A DNA stretch of 63,388 nucleotides, counting the filler, from Stramenopiles sp. TOSAG23-6 (Eukaryota): NCBI GenBank assembly GCA_900128565.1. It is 51 parts of 51 records of this genome, joined end to end, with 100 filler letters (N's around TTAATTAATTAA, not from the genome) between each part and the next. Parts side by side here need not be neighbours in the genome. Positions count along the whole stretch, not along the records: positions 11,263 to 12,412 come from LT639599.1; positions 12,513 to 13,662 come from LT639600.1; positions 13,763 to 14,911 come from LT639601.1; positions 15,012 to 16,160 come from LT639602.1; positions 16,261 to 17,409 come from LT639603.1; positions 17,510 to 18,658 come from LT639604.1; positions 18,759 to 19,907 come from LT639605.1; positions 20,008 to 21,155 come from LT639607.1; 43 more parts are not named here. One strand, 5' to 3'. Below are positions 11,263-22,503 of the stretch, piece after piece (the stretch's first letter is position 1; every line of letters starts with the position of its first letter). The notes below the pieces were generated by a model. It was not told the origin of the DNA. It did not search any database and saw only the letters and a list, made by a program, of their open reading frames with translations. The translations under genes were made by a program, and so were the position numbers.

Positions 11263-12412
11263 ACTCCTGACAGACAACATACACGAATTGTGGAAGACGT
11301 TGGAGAATAGGATGGAGATATCTTTTCCCCATGCCTTGAGGGATCGCGTTTTGATGCCATTATGTTTCTTTTCATATTCGAATCACTTGTGTTGCCATTA
11401 TGTAGCTGTGAAGCACTATCTGCACTAGGAATGGTCGCAGCATAATTTTTTGGGGCAAATGCTCCCACGTCACAGACAGGTGTGGACGTATAAATCTTAT
11501 AATAAATGGTAGGTGGAAAGACATATCCACCAAGGCGGAATCGAACATACATTTTACATGCTGGATCCATTAAATTTGCTTCAGATCCATTTATAGAACG
11601 TAAAATTTTTGCTGGGTCACCGGAATTGTGGAAACGAATCAAATCACGATAATATTTATATATCCTTCTATTTGCATGAGACCTCCACTGATTCTGCACC
11701 AAAAGGGCTGCTTTAATTTCTTTATCTTTATATTTTTTGCGACTCATGTATTTTGGAAAAATATTTCAAAATTCTGCTTCTAATCGTTTTGATGCGCGAT
11801 ACACATACTGTATTTCCATTGCTGCTATATGATAAATTGTAAACCTTTGCCATGTAAAATGACGGCGTAATCGCCACATCCAATACGTTGCTTGTATTTT
11901 TGAAGCAGCAAATCCTTCAATTCCTTCCTTTGAATATGTATTTTGGAAAAATATTTCAAAAAAAAATCGTTAGGTACAACATTCCGTACGAAAAAAAAAA
12001 CGAATTTGAAAAAAAATAAAACATACATTCCGAAAGATATTTCATGTACTGCTCCTGAAAAGGTAATGCTCTAATCCATTTGGACTCTACTTTTTCTATC
12101 TTATTAATTCGGGGACCTTCCCAACCTGTCAATAAAACGCGCTTTCGGGCGTAGTGTCCACGAAACTTTGTTTGAATGATTCGCACAGCTAAACTTTGGG
12201 CAGCCATTGGCATTTTCCATGGTTCGCGGATGATATCCAATGTAGTTTTTTTACCCATACGGGCAAATGAGGACATCCATATTTTAGTTAATCCCATTTT
12301 CTGTGGAATGTATCTCCCTTCTTTCTTTAATTTGCGTTCAGCTCGCCTTGCTTTTCGACGTTCTTCTTTTGTAGTCCCGGCATTCAGACGTTTTTTTTTC
12401 TTTTTCTTTGGA
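11263..12412 (-). CDS. IQ-motif protein, C11orf65/MFI-like, multi-exon, partial
   Basis: Several IQ motifs plus YYRDLI.F...GDP..ILRSIN..EA.L.D.A...VRFRLGG..FPP.IYYKI. Confidence 0.8.
11936..12026 (-). other. GT-AT intron, near-consensus copy (91 nt)
   Basis: GAAT|GTATGTTTT...TTCGTACGGAATGTTGTACCTAACG...GAAATATTTTTCCAAAATACAT|ATTC puts the IQ motif AASKIQATYW in frame. Confidence 0.85.
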
Positions 12413-12512
12413 NNNNNNNNNNNNNNNNNNNNNNNNNNNNNNNNNNNNNNNNNNNNTTAATTAATTAANNNNNNNNNNNNNNNNNNNNNNNNNNNNNNNN
12501 NNNNNNNNNNNN

Positions 12513-13536
12513 CTTCTTCCCGTGTTTGATTCAGAGCTTGAAAAAAAGCTGGGTCATTATACGGTTTCAATGTTTTTGTAGTGGGTTCCTGGCTTGCAAG
12601 GCCTTTCTTCACATAAACGACACGATCATACGAAAATTGAGCTGAAAATTTTTCCTTTGATCCTACCGCTACGGACCCATCTCGCGAATGGATGGCAAAA
12701 TTGTTAGGACCCATTTTTTTCTCTCCAAATTGTCCGCGCATGTTGTCCGCGCAGCAGGTCTCGTAAACGCCTGTTGCTGCAAAATCACCTTCTGTTAAGC
12801 CGCTCAGTCCCTCCACAAGCGCTTTGTTTGTTAGTAGAATACCTTTTTCATCAAATGTATCTTTTTTCTTAGGTTTATCTTTTGTTGCTGGTTGGAAACT
12901 TATTGACCCACAAAAAGCTTTCTTTGTTCGAGATGCACAAGCTTCATCTGCTCTTTTCCTATCTCCATTTATATTACACGCTTTCTCAAAATAAGCCTCG
13001 ATGTCTTCTGTAATCGGACAGTTCTTGGGGTCGATCACCATCTGAAGCGTTCCATTACCAATTTTTGTAACTCCGTCTGTCGCGAATGTATCCTGTATAT
13101 CACTGTTGGAATCTCCAATAATAACCAGATCTGTTTGATCAGTATTAACAGCGTCAATTTTTGTCTTCAACTCTTTCATGATGTCATCGAAATTTGCTTG
13201 ATCGTCGACACCACTTGAACCCGCCCCAGCTCCTTTTGGATGAGGAAAGTGAAATGCACCAACCGTATATACCTTTTCGCTGGTATTATCTTTAACATTC
13301 ACAATGATGTATGCTCGATCTCCCTNNNNNNNNNNNNNNNNNNNNNNNNNNNNNNNNNNNNNNNNNNNNNNNNNNNNNNNNNNNNNTACTATACCCATTT
13401 TTGATAAGAAGCGTAAGTCTGTCAGCAGCCTTACACTGTACGGAAACAGGTGTATAAGCTTCAAGAACATCATCTGGCAATGGGTAATCGCGACTCCACA
13501 TTCCGAGGTTGATGAAGTCAGGGTCGTACACTTCAA
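12513..13536 (-). CDS. Possible endonuclease/exonuclease/phosphatase-fold protein, partial
   Basis: HFPH, IIGDSN and YDRV motifs occur in EEP-like order. The ORF has an internal N gap. Confidence 0.45.
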
Positions 13537-14024
13537 GCATTTTACTCAAGTTTTTACTCGCTTGTACACCACATCTTTCTTTAAACGGAGCAAAACACTT
13601 CCAATGCGGTGACCACTGAAAGGCTGTCAGCGGTACTGCTTGTGCTTCAATGTTATGAAACANNNNNNNNNNNNNNNNNNNNNNNNNNNNNNNNNNNNNN
13701 NNNNNNTTAATTAATTAANNNNNNNNNNNNNNNNNNNNNNNNNNNNNNNNNNNNNNNNNNNNAAAACTTAATAAAATCACATACCAATAAAAACCCATCC
13801 CAATACCACCCATCCCATGTAGAAGCAATAAACAGTACTATGCACGAAACCTCAAAAAAACAAATTTTTTTTTTCAAAAAAACAAAACCTTTTTTTTTCC
13901 AATCTTGATTTCAGCACTAAATTACTACACCACTTACCCAAAATAACAATCACATGACACACAAAATTGTTACCATATGATCCATCAAAACTCAAGGAGA
14001 AACTTTTTGAATTATGCCAAAAAC

Positions 14025-14911
14025 TCAGCATTTGCACGTGTTACACAAATCATATCCAACCTGACAAGCTTCAGCCCATTCTCGCCAATTTTCATAATTT
14101 AATGGAACATAGGTTTGAAGATCCTTATTGGCAAGACAAAACTTTTTCAGATGCTCGCTTATGGGTTCCATTTTGGCAAACAATATTTGTTTCATTGCTT
14201 GTGCCTCATCACAACATTGTGCATCTGCCTCATTGTCAAACCATGTACTTTCTTGATAACATGTTGGTGTTTTGTTTAGGTGTTTCCCGATGTCGTTCGT
14301 ATATGGATCACCATCCACAAACTCACCATCCTCATTGACCGTTCTGTTTTTTTTTGAAATTTTATATCGACAATGTTCGTCACCACATTTATCTTTTCGA
14401 TCATAGTTCCAACAATCCATCTGTCCACTACCATAATTATCACAACCTGATACAAGTTTGGAATCTTGACAATTTTTTTCGGCATTTTCAGCGAGCTTTG
14501 CGTATTTATCATCATCTGCATCAATTTTACCAATACCACAACAATGTAGATTCTCCCTACAATTTGCTTTATCACTGTTAGCTGGTGTTTTACAGCTTAA
14601 TGTCATGGTCCAACCTTTGCAATACAGCATTTTTAGTTGTTCACATTTATATCGAAAATCTTCACAAGATGTCAAATTGCTCCATTTTTGTGGCTCTTCA
14701 CATGGATAAGAGGCGTCAGTGCGTTTCAATGATGTACAGTTACAAACACCAACAATAGCTTTTCCTTTGTAATCTGAATTACAATCCACTTTTTTATCAC
14801 CTATCCAATTGTCATACCATTCTTGAGCACCACACTTGTCACATGTTGTTGCATCTGTTAACTTTTCCATTGGTGGAGCAGTTGGTTCGGCTGTTGGCGA
14901 TGCAGTTGGTG
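14025..14911 (-). CDS. Cys-rich hypothetical protein, partial
   Basis: Long open frame with many cysteines. Confidence 0.6.
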
Positions 14912-15011
14912 NNNNNNNNNNNNNNNNNNNNNNNNNNNNNNNNNNNNNNNNNNNNTTAATTAATTAANNNNNNNNNNNNNNNNNNNNNNNNNNNNNNNNN
15001 NNNNNNNNNNN

Positions 15012-15722
15012 ACAGCAAAATCGCTTGGACTTACACAAGAAGAGTTCAATTCAATAAAGTTACCACTTGTTCGAAAATCTCTTAAGTATCAAGTTGGTTG
15101 GTATGAAGGTGAAGACGGGTGTCCGCAAAACCTTCGGAATTGGATCGAAAAATCCGCTGTTTTTTTCCAGGCAGTCCTCAATGTTGGTGTGGCAAATGGG
15201 AAAGCATTCGATCATTGCTTTGCAGTACTAGATGAGATAGATGTTTGCTACAATCATCTATCAAAATCTAAAATGCGTATGGATTTTGATGAAATGTTCA
15301 GTGCAGCCGAAGGACATTGCTCTTGGGCATTTAAGGCACCCAAAAGTCTAACTCTTGATGGAAAACCTTTTGTTGAAATTGATGACTTCGAATGGTCCTA
15401 TACAAGCCGACATGTAAATGTGGCGGTTCATTTGGCGCGTGCAGCTGCGTTGCAGTATAAAAACGGCACTCTCGATGAAGATATTCTTAAGAAAGTCATT
15501 GAGAAATCGGAACGTCGCAATGCTTTCATTTTTTTACAAGGGTATACAGGTAAAGGTAATTCTATTTTATCTAAATCTTCTTGGAAAGAAGGATTTCCAA
15601 AAAAAGAAGGATTTGAATTTGGCAAAGAAGATACTGTATTTGAACCAAAACCAGAATTTATTGCTGCACAAGATTGGACCGCTCTTGAACAGTATGTTTT
15701 CAGAAAAGTAACCACTGCTTAA
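15012..15722 (+). CDS. Hypothetical protein, 5' partial
   Basis: Coding-like frame ending at TAA 15722. Confidence 0.55.
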   Translation, partial: TAKSLGLTQEEFNSIKLPLVRKSLKYQVGWYEGEDGCPQNLRNWIEKSAVFFQAVLNVGVANGKAFDHCFAVLDEIDVCYNHLSKSKMRMDFDEMFSAAEGHCSWAFKAPKSLTLDGKPFVEIDDFEWSYTSRHVNVAVHLARAAALQYKNGTLDEDILKKVIEKSERRNAFIFLQGYTGKGNSILSKSSWKEGFPKKEGFEFGKEDTVFEPKPEFIAAQDWTALEQYVFRKVTTA

Positions 15723-15979
15723 AAGAAGTAGAAAAGTATGTCTTTGTAATCAATATAGAGACTGAAAATTCATATTCCCAAAGTTCTTTATCAAATTGAA
15801 TATTTTACTTCCGTCGTAGTATTGAAAAAATGATACATGGAATATTTTGCTACCATTATAGTTTGGAAAAAAATAATAAATCATGATATTTTTAGGAATT
15901 ATTTATTACATCAATGAAAAAAATAATCAGCTAGAATGTTCGCAACCAACATTCAGAAAACCTATCATAAAAAAAACTT

Positions 15980-16160
15980 ACTATGCAGCTGCTTTGATAA
16001 GTTGTGCAACTACTCCGTCATGACCTTTCATTGAAGCAATAATCAATGGGCACCATTATCAATAAGTAGTCGAACTACTCCCTCATGACCATTTTGTGAA
16101 GCAAAATACAATGGGGTATATCCGTCGATATCTGCCTGATTTACATTTGCACCATTATCA
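15980..16160 (-). CDS. Ankyrin repeat protein C-terminus, apparently disrupted
   Basis: DNGANVNQADIDGYTPLYFASQNGHEGVVRLLI followed by PLIIASMKGHDGVVAQLI in a different frame. Confidence 0.7.
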
Positions 16161-16314
16161 NNNNNNNNNNNNNNNNNNNNNNNNNNNNNNNNNNNNNNNN
16201 NNNNTTAATTAATTAANNNNNNNNNNNNNNNNNNNNNNNNNNNNNNNNNNNNNNNNNNNNCGTACGAAATTTTGTACCTAACGATTTTTTTTTGAAATAT
16301 TTTCCAAAATACAA

Positions 16315-17298
16315 AAACTCTACTAGCTGATAGAATTGCTAGATTTGATGGACATATATTAGCTATGGTTCTTCAAACCCGTTTTAGAGACTTTGCAGTT
16401 GCAATTGCAAAGGGTATTTTGTTCAGGTCTTTCCTCGCTGTATTTGATGCGGGTACAATTTCATGATGAATTTCGAATTTATTTTGTTTTCGTACGAAAT
16501 GTTGTACCTAACGATTTGTTTTAACCAAAAGAAAAATATTTTTTTCACAATTCATGAATTTCTCGACACAAATGGTATCTCAATTTAGAATGGCGAAAAC
16601 GTCTGAGACATTATTTGATGAATTTATATTTTACCACAGACAACTTTTTTGTTATTAAAAATAAGGACTCGAGGATTGATGACCCTCAAAATCGAATTAC
16701 GGAACAAGTAGAGCAACTTTCTATAGTGATAACCGATCTTTGGACATCTTTATTGCGACCGTCATTTGATATTTGTTTCAATTCCTTCATGTACGCTTCA
16801 TTTTCATTTTCATTATAATTTTGTTTTTCATTTTCATTTTCATTATGATTTTTTTTTTTTTTTTTTTTTTTCATTTTCATTTTCATTTTCATTATGATTT
16901 TCATTAATTCGTACCAACAATTTTGTTTTAAAATATTTTTTTCACAATTTATGCTACTTAGAGTATTAGGCACATGTGGAGCAACTTATATTTCAGTGTA
17001 TATGATAGGTGCTGCACTTGTAATGCAAGTATTTGTACCAAATTTTCGTTCTCTTCGAAAGATTGAGTTTGATCTCGAAGGTAAATTTCGTTTTGTACAT
17101 TCTCGATTACTTCAACACACAGAGTCCGTAGCATTTTTTGGTGGTGGTGCCGTTGAAGAACGTATTTGCAATTCTCGTTTTGATGATCTTGCTAATCATA
17201 TCGAAACGTCCCAATTACAAAAATTACGATTTAACATATTCAATAATTTTATAATAAGGCGTACTCCTGATGTTATGGCATTTTATCTTCGTATGTAT
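16315..17298 (+). CDS. Peroxisomal ABCD-family transporter membrane domain, three exons
   Basis: TLLADRIA..., L.WRKRL.HYLM.LYF, IDDPQNRIT, EGKFRFVHSRLLQHTESVAFFGGG (EAA motif). Confidence 0.92.
16453..16555 (+). other. GT-AT intron (ABCD)
   Basis: GCGG|GTACAA...GTTGTACCTAAC...TTTCACAATTCAT|GAATT. In-frame stops on both sides constrain the junction, and the intron contains no AG after its last 25 nt begin. Confidence 0.8.
16791..16952 (+). other. GT-AT intron (ABCD)
   Basis: TTCAT|GTACGC...TTCACAATTTAT|GCTA gives NSFMLLRV. I found no AG dinucleotide in this intron. Confidence 0.85.
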
Positions 17299-17509
17299 GT
17301 ATGTTTTATTTTTTTTTTTTACAAAAGAATCGAATTTATTTTTTTATAAAAATGTTGTACCTAACAAATTTTAGTTTTTTTTTTTTTGAAATATTTTTCC
17401 AAAATACATNNNNNNNNNNNNNNNNNNNNNNNNNNNNNNNNNNNNNNNNNNNNTTAATTAATTAANNNNNNNNNNNNNNNNNNNNNNNNNNNNNNNNNNN
17501 NNNNNNNNN

Positions 17510-18362
17510 TCCAGAATGGAGGAGTCATGTCACGTTTACTGTCCTTGGCGATTACTTGGCTAAAATGGCTTGTACGTTTTCAAAATTGAATTTCAAATTA
17601 TTTATTTTTTATACCAAATGTTGTACCTAACGAATTTCGAACTAGAAATATTTTTTCCCAATATTTGGCTATCTTCCTCTATTGGTTCCAAAGAATATTA
17701 TGTAGGTCTTGATGTTGCAGATAAGGAAGATGCTATGCGCATAATTGGAAAACAGAAAGCAGAACTTGAAACGATGAAAGTGAAACTTGCATATAAATGG
17801 AATATTATTGAGAGCGAAATGATTGATCATTTCATTGAAGATGTTTGGACTAGCAGGGGCTAACACAATAGCACAGAATGCTGTCAAGACTTTTCAGTCG
17901 CCTGCTATGTATTTCCGCGTTCCATTGCATATGCAAACTACGGGTTCGTTCCTGACTTCTTTTGCTACAGATTGGGCTGAGAATAAGTGGGTTGAAGGGT
18001 CAACAATGTTTGCCGGTAAAACGGCATGTGAAAAATTAAGTGAGGATGTTGAGTTGATAAGAGATGTGAGTATTGAATATGATCAATTCGCAAAATTCAC
18101 AGAGGATGAGAAAGAATGGTTATTACATGCGGGTGATATTGCAAGTGTTGACAAGTATGTATACGCATTAACAGGGAAAAAATACAGTGCATTGGAGAAG
18201 ATGGTTAAAAGCGCGGCTAAATATTTTTCAAAAATTGATCATAATAAGTATTACGAGGGTGCTGTAGATGGTTTTATTTTCGATTATTCTGTTGGTGGTG
18301 ATGCAAAACAGTTTATCAAGGACTTCAATGCGGCAAAAGAGGCTGTTGTAGCATGTTTGTAA
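17510..18362 (+). CDS. Hypothetical protein with one intron (donor 17572) and a probable frameshift near 17830-17860
   Basis: Overlapping ORFs 17570-17863 and 17823-18362, with a branch motif at ~17622. Confidence 0.5.
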
Positions 18363-18758
18363 ACTTTAATGCGGCAAAAGAAGCTGTTGTAGCATGTTTG
18401 TAAACTCATCTAGGTGAAAGCCTGGAATATTTTTTTTGATTCAGTAGATCTTTTGATTTTTATTTTTCTACAGATGATAAAATAAAAAAGAAATTCTAAT
18501 AATGAATTGCGAATTATATTATTTCTCCTGTGACTTTTTTTTTTTTTTGTACGAAATTTTGTACCTAACTGCCCCAGCAAATATGTCATACATATTGTAT
18601 TCATTATTTTTGACATCTACAATTTAAAATTGACATCTGAATTTGAATTCAAAAGTTANNNNNNNNNNNNNNNNNNNNNNNNNNNNNNNNNNNNNNNNNN
18701 NNTTAATTAATTAANNNNNNNNNNNNNNNNNNNNNNNNNNNNNNNNNNNNNNNNNNNN

Positions 18759-19829
18759 TTACTCTATGTGCACGACCATCGTCACCTTCAACCAAAACTG
18801 TAGGATTTAGAATATTCGGAAGATGATCACTGTTTAGTATTGTTGCATCGATAGTTGGTGTTTGTTGCGACAGTACTATTGGTTCACTATTTTGTAGGTT
18901 TTCTTTATTTTTGGTAATATCTCTACTTTCTTCTTTCTTATTATTGTCTGGAGTGGGATTTGTACTGTCTATAGTGGAATTATCATTCATGCTTTTAGCA
19001 TTGTTGATACCATTATTGTCTCTGGGTGAAACTTCAGAAATCTCTTTTTTGTCACTGTCGTCTTTTGTATTAGTATCATCTGATATTTTAGGTAATGATG
19101 AAAGTCTGATTGAATCTTCTGACACGTTATCATTTTCATTCTTATAACTTGGAAGAGAAAGCTGTGCTTCGAAAGCAATGGAATTTTTCAACTCTTTACT
19201 CTCTTCAATAGGATCTTCAATTTTTGTTTTTTTAATAACAGGTGTCGGTTCTTCACCAAAATACAATGATCTATGCTCTTGCTTCTCAAGTTCTTCTTTT
19301 GATTCCTTATCCAATGTAGCTGATTCTTCATCTACCCCATCATCTAATTCGTAATTTACTTCCATCTTAACGTCGTCCTTCAATTTTATCACACCTTTTA
19401 GTGCTGAAGTATACTCTTTCGATATTGCTTCGATATTTTCAGGATGCAGTTCGACGTCTGTGTCAAGTTGTATCACTTTCTTTATCAACTCATCAACTTC
19501 TACAAGCATAGTTTTTTTGTTGCTGAATATTGGCACATCTTCTTCATTAAATGTACCAATTAGACTCCAAAATTCATCAGAAAATTTCTTTNNNNNNNNN
19601 NNNNNNNNNNNNNNNNNNNNNNNNNNNNNNNNNNNNNNNNNNNNNCCAACGAGTCGAACGTACTTCTAAAAGATTGTACTGCGGAGTGAAATGCTTTTGT
19701 GTCATCTGCCACAACAGCCTGCTGAAACGACGGCAAAGCAGAAAGTGCCCCCTGAAGTTTCATACGTCCGAGTTTTGCTAATACAAATATATTGCAATGA
19801 AAAAGTAGGAATGATAAAATCAGATTCAT
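18759..19829 (-). CDS. Acidic hypothetical protein with a putative signal peptide, partial
   Basis: MNLILSFLLFHCNIFVLA N-terminus. The frame resumes after the N gap. Confidence 0.55.
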
Positions 19830-20007
19830 TATATATATGTTGTTGTAAGTGTTTTGAGTTATAATGTGGAGAGAGAGAGCGAGAGAGAGCGCGTAACTGT
19901 CGTTACTNNNNNNNNNNNNNNNNNNNNNNNNNNNNNNNNNNNNNNNNNNNNTTAATTAATTAANNNNNNNNNNNNNNNNNNNNNNNNNNNNNNNNNNNNN
20001 NNNNNNN

Positions 20008-21155
20008 GGGACAGTGACAAAGGTGGTTATATTGTAGCAGTAGATGACTCAACTTCAACAGTGACTGAAATATTTAAAGCAATTACTCCACTGTTCTTGC
20101 AACCAAAACTCCGTACTATTTCGGAATCAAAAGAATCAAAAGAATCAAAATGTCGTGGTATTGCAGAACCTATATCTCAAATGCCAGACTGTGCCATTCA
20201 AAAAATGATAACCAATGGAACTAAATTTGATTTTGAACATGTTTTTTCTATTCAAACAAATATGTGTTTCAATAGTGTAAAACATGGTCCAAGTGTAGTG
20301 AATGAAAATGTAAGTAGTCATCGATGTTTTGGTATGCCTGATATTGCTTGGCGTTCGCGTAATGGTATAGATAAACATCCAAATTTGGCTTTAGAATCTG
20401 TGAATAAATGGTTGGTACTAGAAGAAATGCAACCACTCATTGTTGCAGTTTTGGGAGCACCATGTAGTGGGAAAACTACACTTTCAAAACTTATTGCAAA
20501 CACTTTTGAATTGACATATATTTCGGTAAACTCTGTGATCATATCTTTAGTTGAGAAATACATTAATCGTGTTAAAACAGCTCAGGAAGAAGTAAAACAA
20601 AACGTCCTAAAAAAATATTAAAAGTACAGTCAGATAAATTATTGTGTCTTGGAGGAGAATTATATGCTGCATTGTCGAAACAGGAATTCACTAGTGATGT
20701 AAAACTAAATAAGGATGTGAAAAATGTGGAATTTGGAGACATTGAAGAATTAATTAGTGGGTCTTTATTACGAAAAGTAATACAAATCCAATTGGATTCG
20801 ACATCATCTTTTACAGATGAAAACGTTTTATTGGATGAATCGACGAGGCAGCGATGTCGGTATTTGGGTTTTGTTTTGGATTCTCCTTGCTGTAGTATGA
20901 ATACGATGGTTGATGTCTTTGACGATAGTAAAAATTCTGGTGTATGCTTGACACCAAATTGTACTATTTTCTTAAATGTACCTCAGTCTGAGTCACCGGA
21001 GAAACACGAATTTCTGCGAAGTAGTTCAAATTCTGAGAATTCTGTTGAAGGCTTTAATGATCTTGTTGGATTTGAAAAACGTCTGAAATTTTGGAATTCA
21101 TATTTTAATGAGAATACTTGTTCGAGCGAAGGTGTCTCAGGTGATGATGCTGATG
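20008..21155 (+). CDS. Adenylate-kinase-like P-loop protein, partial, frameshift near 20610
   Basis: VAVLGAPCSGKTTLSKLIA, then GFVLD and P...IFLNVP in the following frame. Confidence 0.65.
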
Positions 21156-21255
21156 NNNNNNNNNNNNNNNNNNNNNNNNNNNNNNNNNNNNNNNNNNNNT
21201 TAATTAATTAANNNNNNNNNNNNNNNNNNNNNNNNNNNNNNNNNNNNNNNNNNNN

Positions 21256-22403
21256 TATTGTAATGCTTATGTCCTACACAGTTGGAAATTTTGCTTTTGC
21301 TCTTGCATTTGATTAAACATATTATCCGATAGTTCATCGTTTTCATACATATGCATGACTTTTAGTCCATGTTTGAATTCTTTCCTCGATAAGCTGTGGT
21401 CAGTATCTTCCTCTTCCAATTTTTCAAAACAAATCCATAACTGTGAGAAGTAGAAAATATTTCGCAATAATGCCCGAAATTCAGCTTTACATACTTGAAG
21501 ATATTTTTCACACGTTTCTTCCATTGCCATTACAATAGGTGTTGGGATGCCAATAAGTGGCCAACGATTGATTATATACTGTTTAATGACTGAATATTGA
21601 AGTAATCTTTCAGTAGCATCAGTATTATTAGTGTCATCAGTATTATCTGATTCTACCAGACTATCCCTCTACCTTCGAAAATAGATTTTGCTGTGGCATT
21701 GTAATATGGTGATGAAGTGCCGTAGAAACTCTGCCTTCGGCATCATTAAGATGATTCTTTCCTACTCCAACATGCTCTGTCTTTGTAGAAAAATTAATCG
21801 CATTTGCTTTTGCAACACTACTTGAAGCAATAAATAGTGGCACTTTCTCTTTTATTTCTGGAAACTTTTCCGTCCCATTAAAAATATTCTTTATGCAAGT
21901 ACGAAGATCTGAATTACTCACGGATGTAAACATTGGTATCATTGATGATGCAGACACAATGTGATGAGTAAAATCAATTTCGTTCGATTTTTTTTTTGCT
22001 TCATCTAATGTCATAGGAGCCTTTATAACCCGTTCTTTTGCTTCAAATGGATCTAGCTCTTCAACTGAACCATCCTCGTCATACCTGATAATCAAGCTTG
22101 TAGGAGATACGGCATAGAGTGATGCCATATGCCATGTGTCGTCATACTTTACGTCTAATGGCTGACCAATTACAATAGCATTTTTTACAGGTGAAATAAA
22201 CTCAGCTACATTTTCACTATCAGTATTTGTTTTTAAATGCTTTACGCGTATGATCGCATCTGTAGAACATATGTGCTCCACAGTTTCATCATATTCATAT
22301 TGTACAGTAATAGTGCCACCATTATCTGCGGTAAGTGCACAAACTTTGGCACGATACTCTTCCCCATCATACTCAACGAGTAGCGACCCATTCAAAGCAA
22401 ATC
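21256..22403 (-). CDS. Protein with Tudor-like repeats and an EF-hand-like C-terminal part, disrupted near 21660
   Basis: VEYDGEEYRAKV...VQYEYDETVE occurs twice in variant form. The downstream ORF has DTDHSLSRKEFKHGL. Confidence 0.5.
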
Positions 22404-22503
22404 NNNNNNNNNNNNNNNNNNNNNNNNNNNNNNNNNNNNNNNNNNNNTTAATTAATTAANNNNNNNNNNNNNNNNNNNNNNNNNNNNNNNNNNNNNNNNN
22501 NNN

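Noticed and set aside
7511-21700. Programmed frameshifting or stop-codon reassignment to explain broken ORFs (7650, 17840, 20610, 21660)
   Set aside because: The breaks I could localise (7650, 20610) are at homopolymer runs. TAA and TAG terminate intact genes normally and long ORFs have no internal stops, so sequencing indels are more likely.
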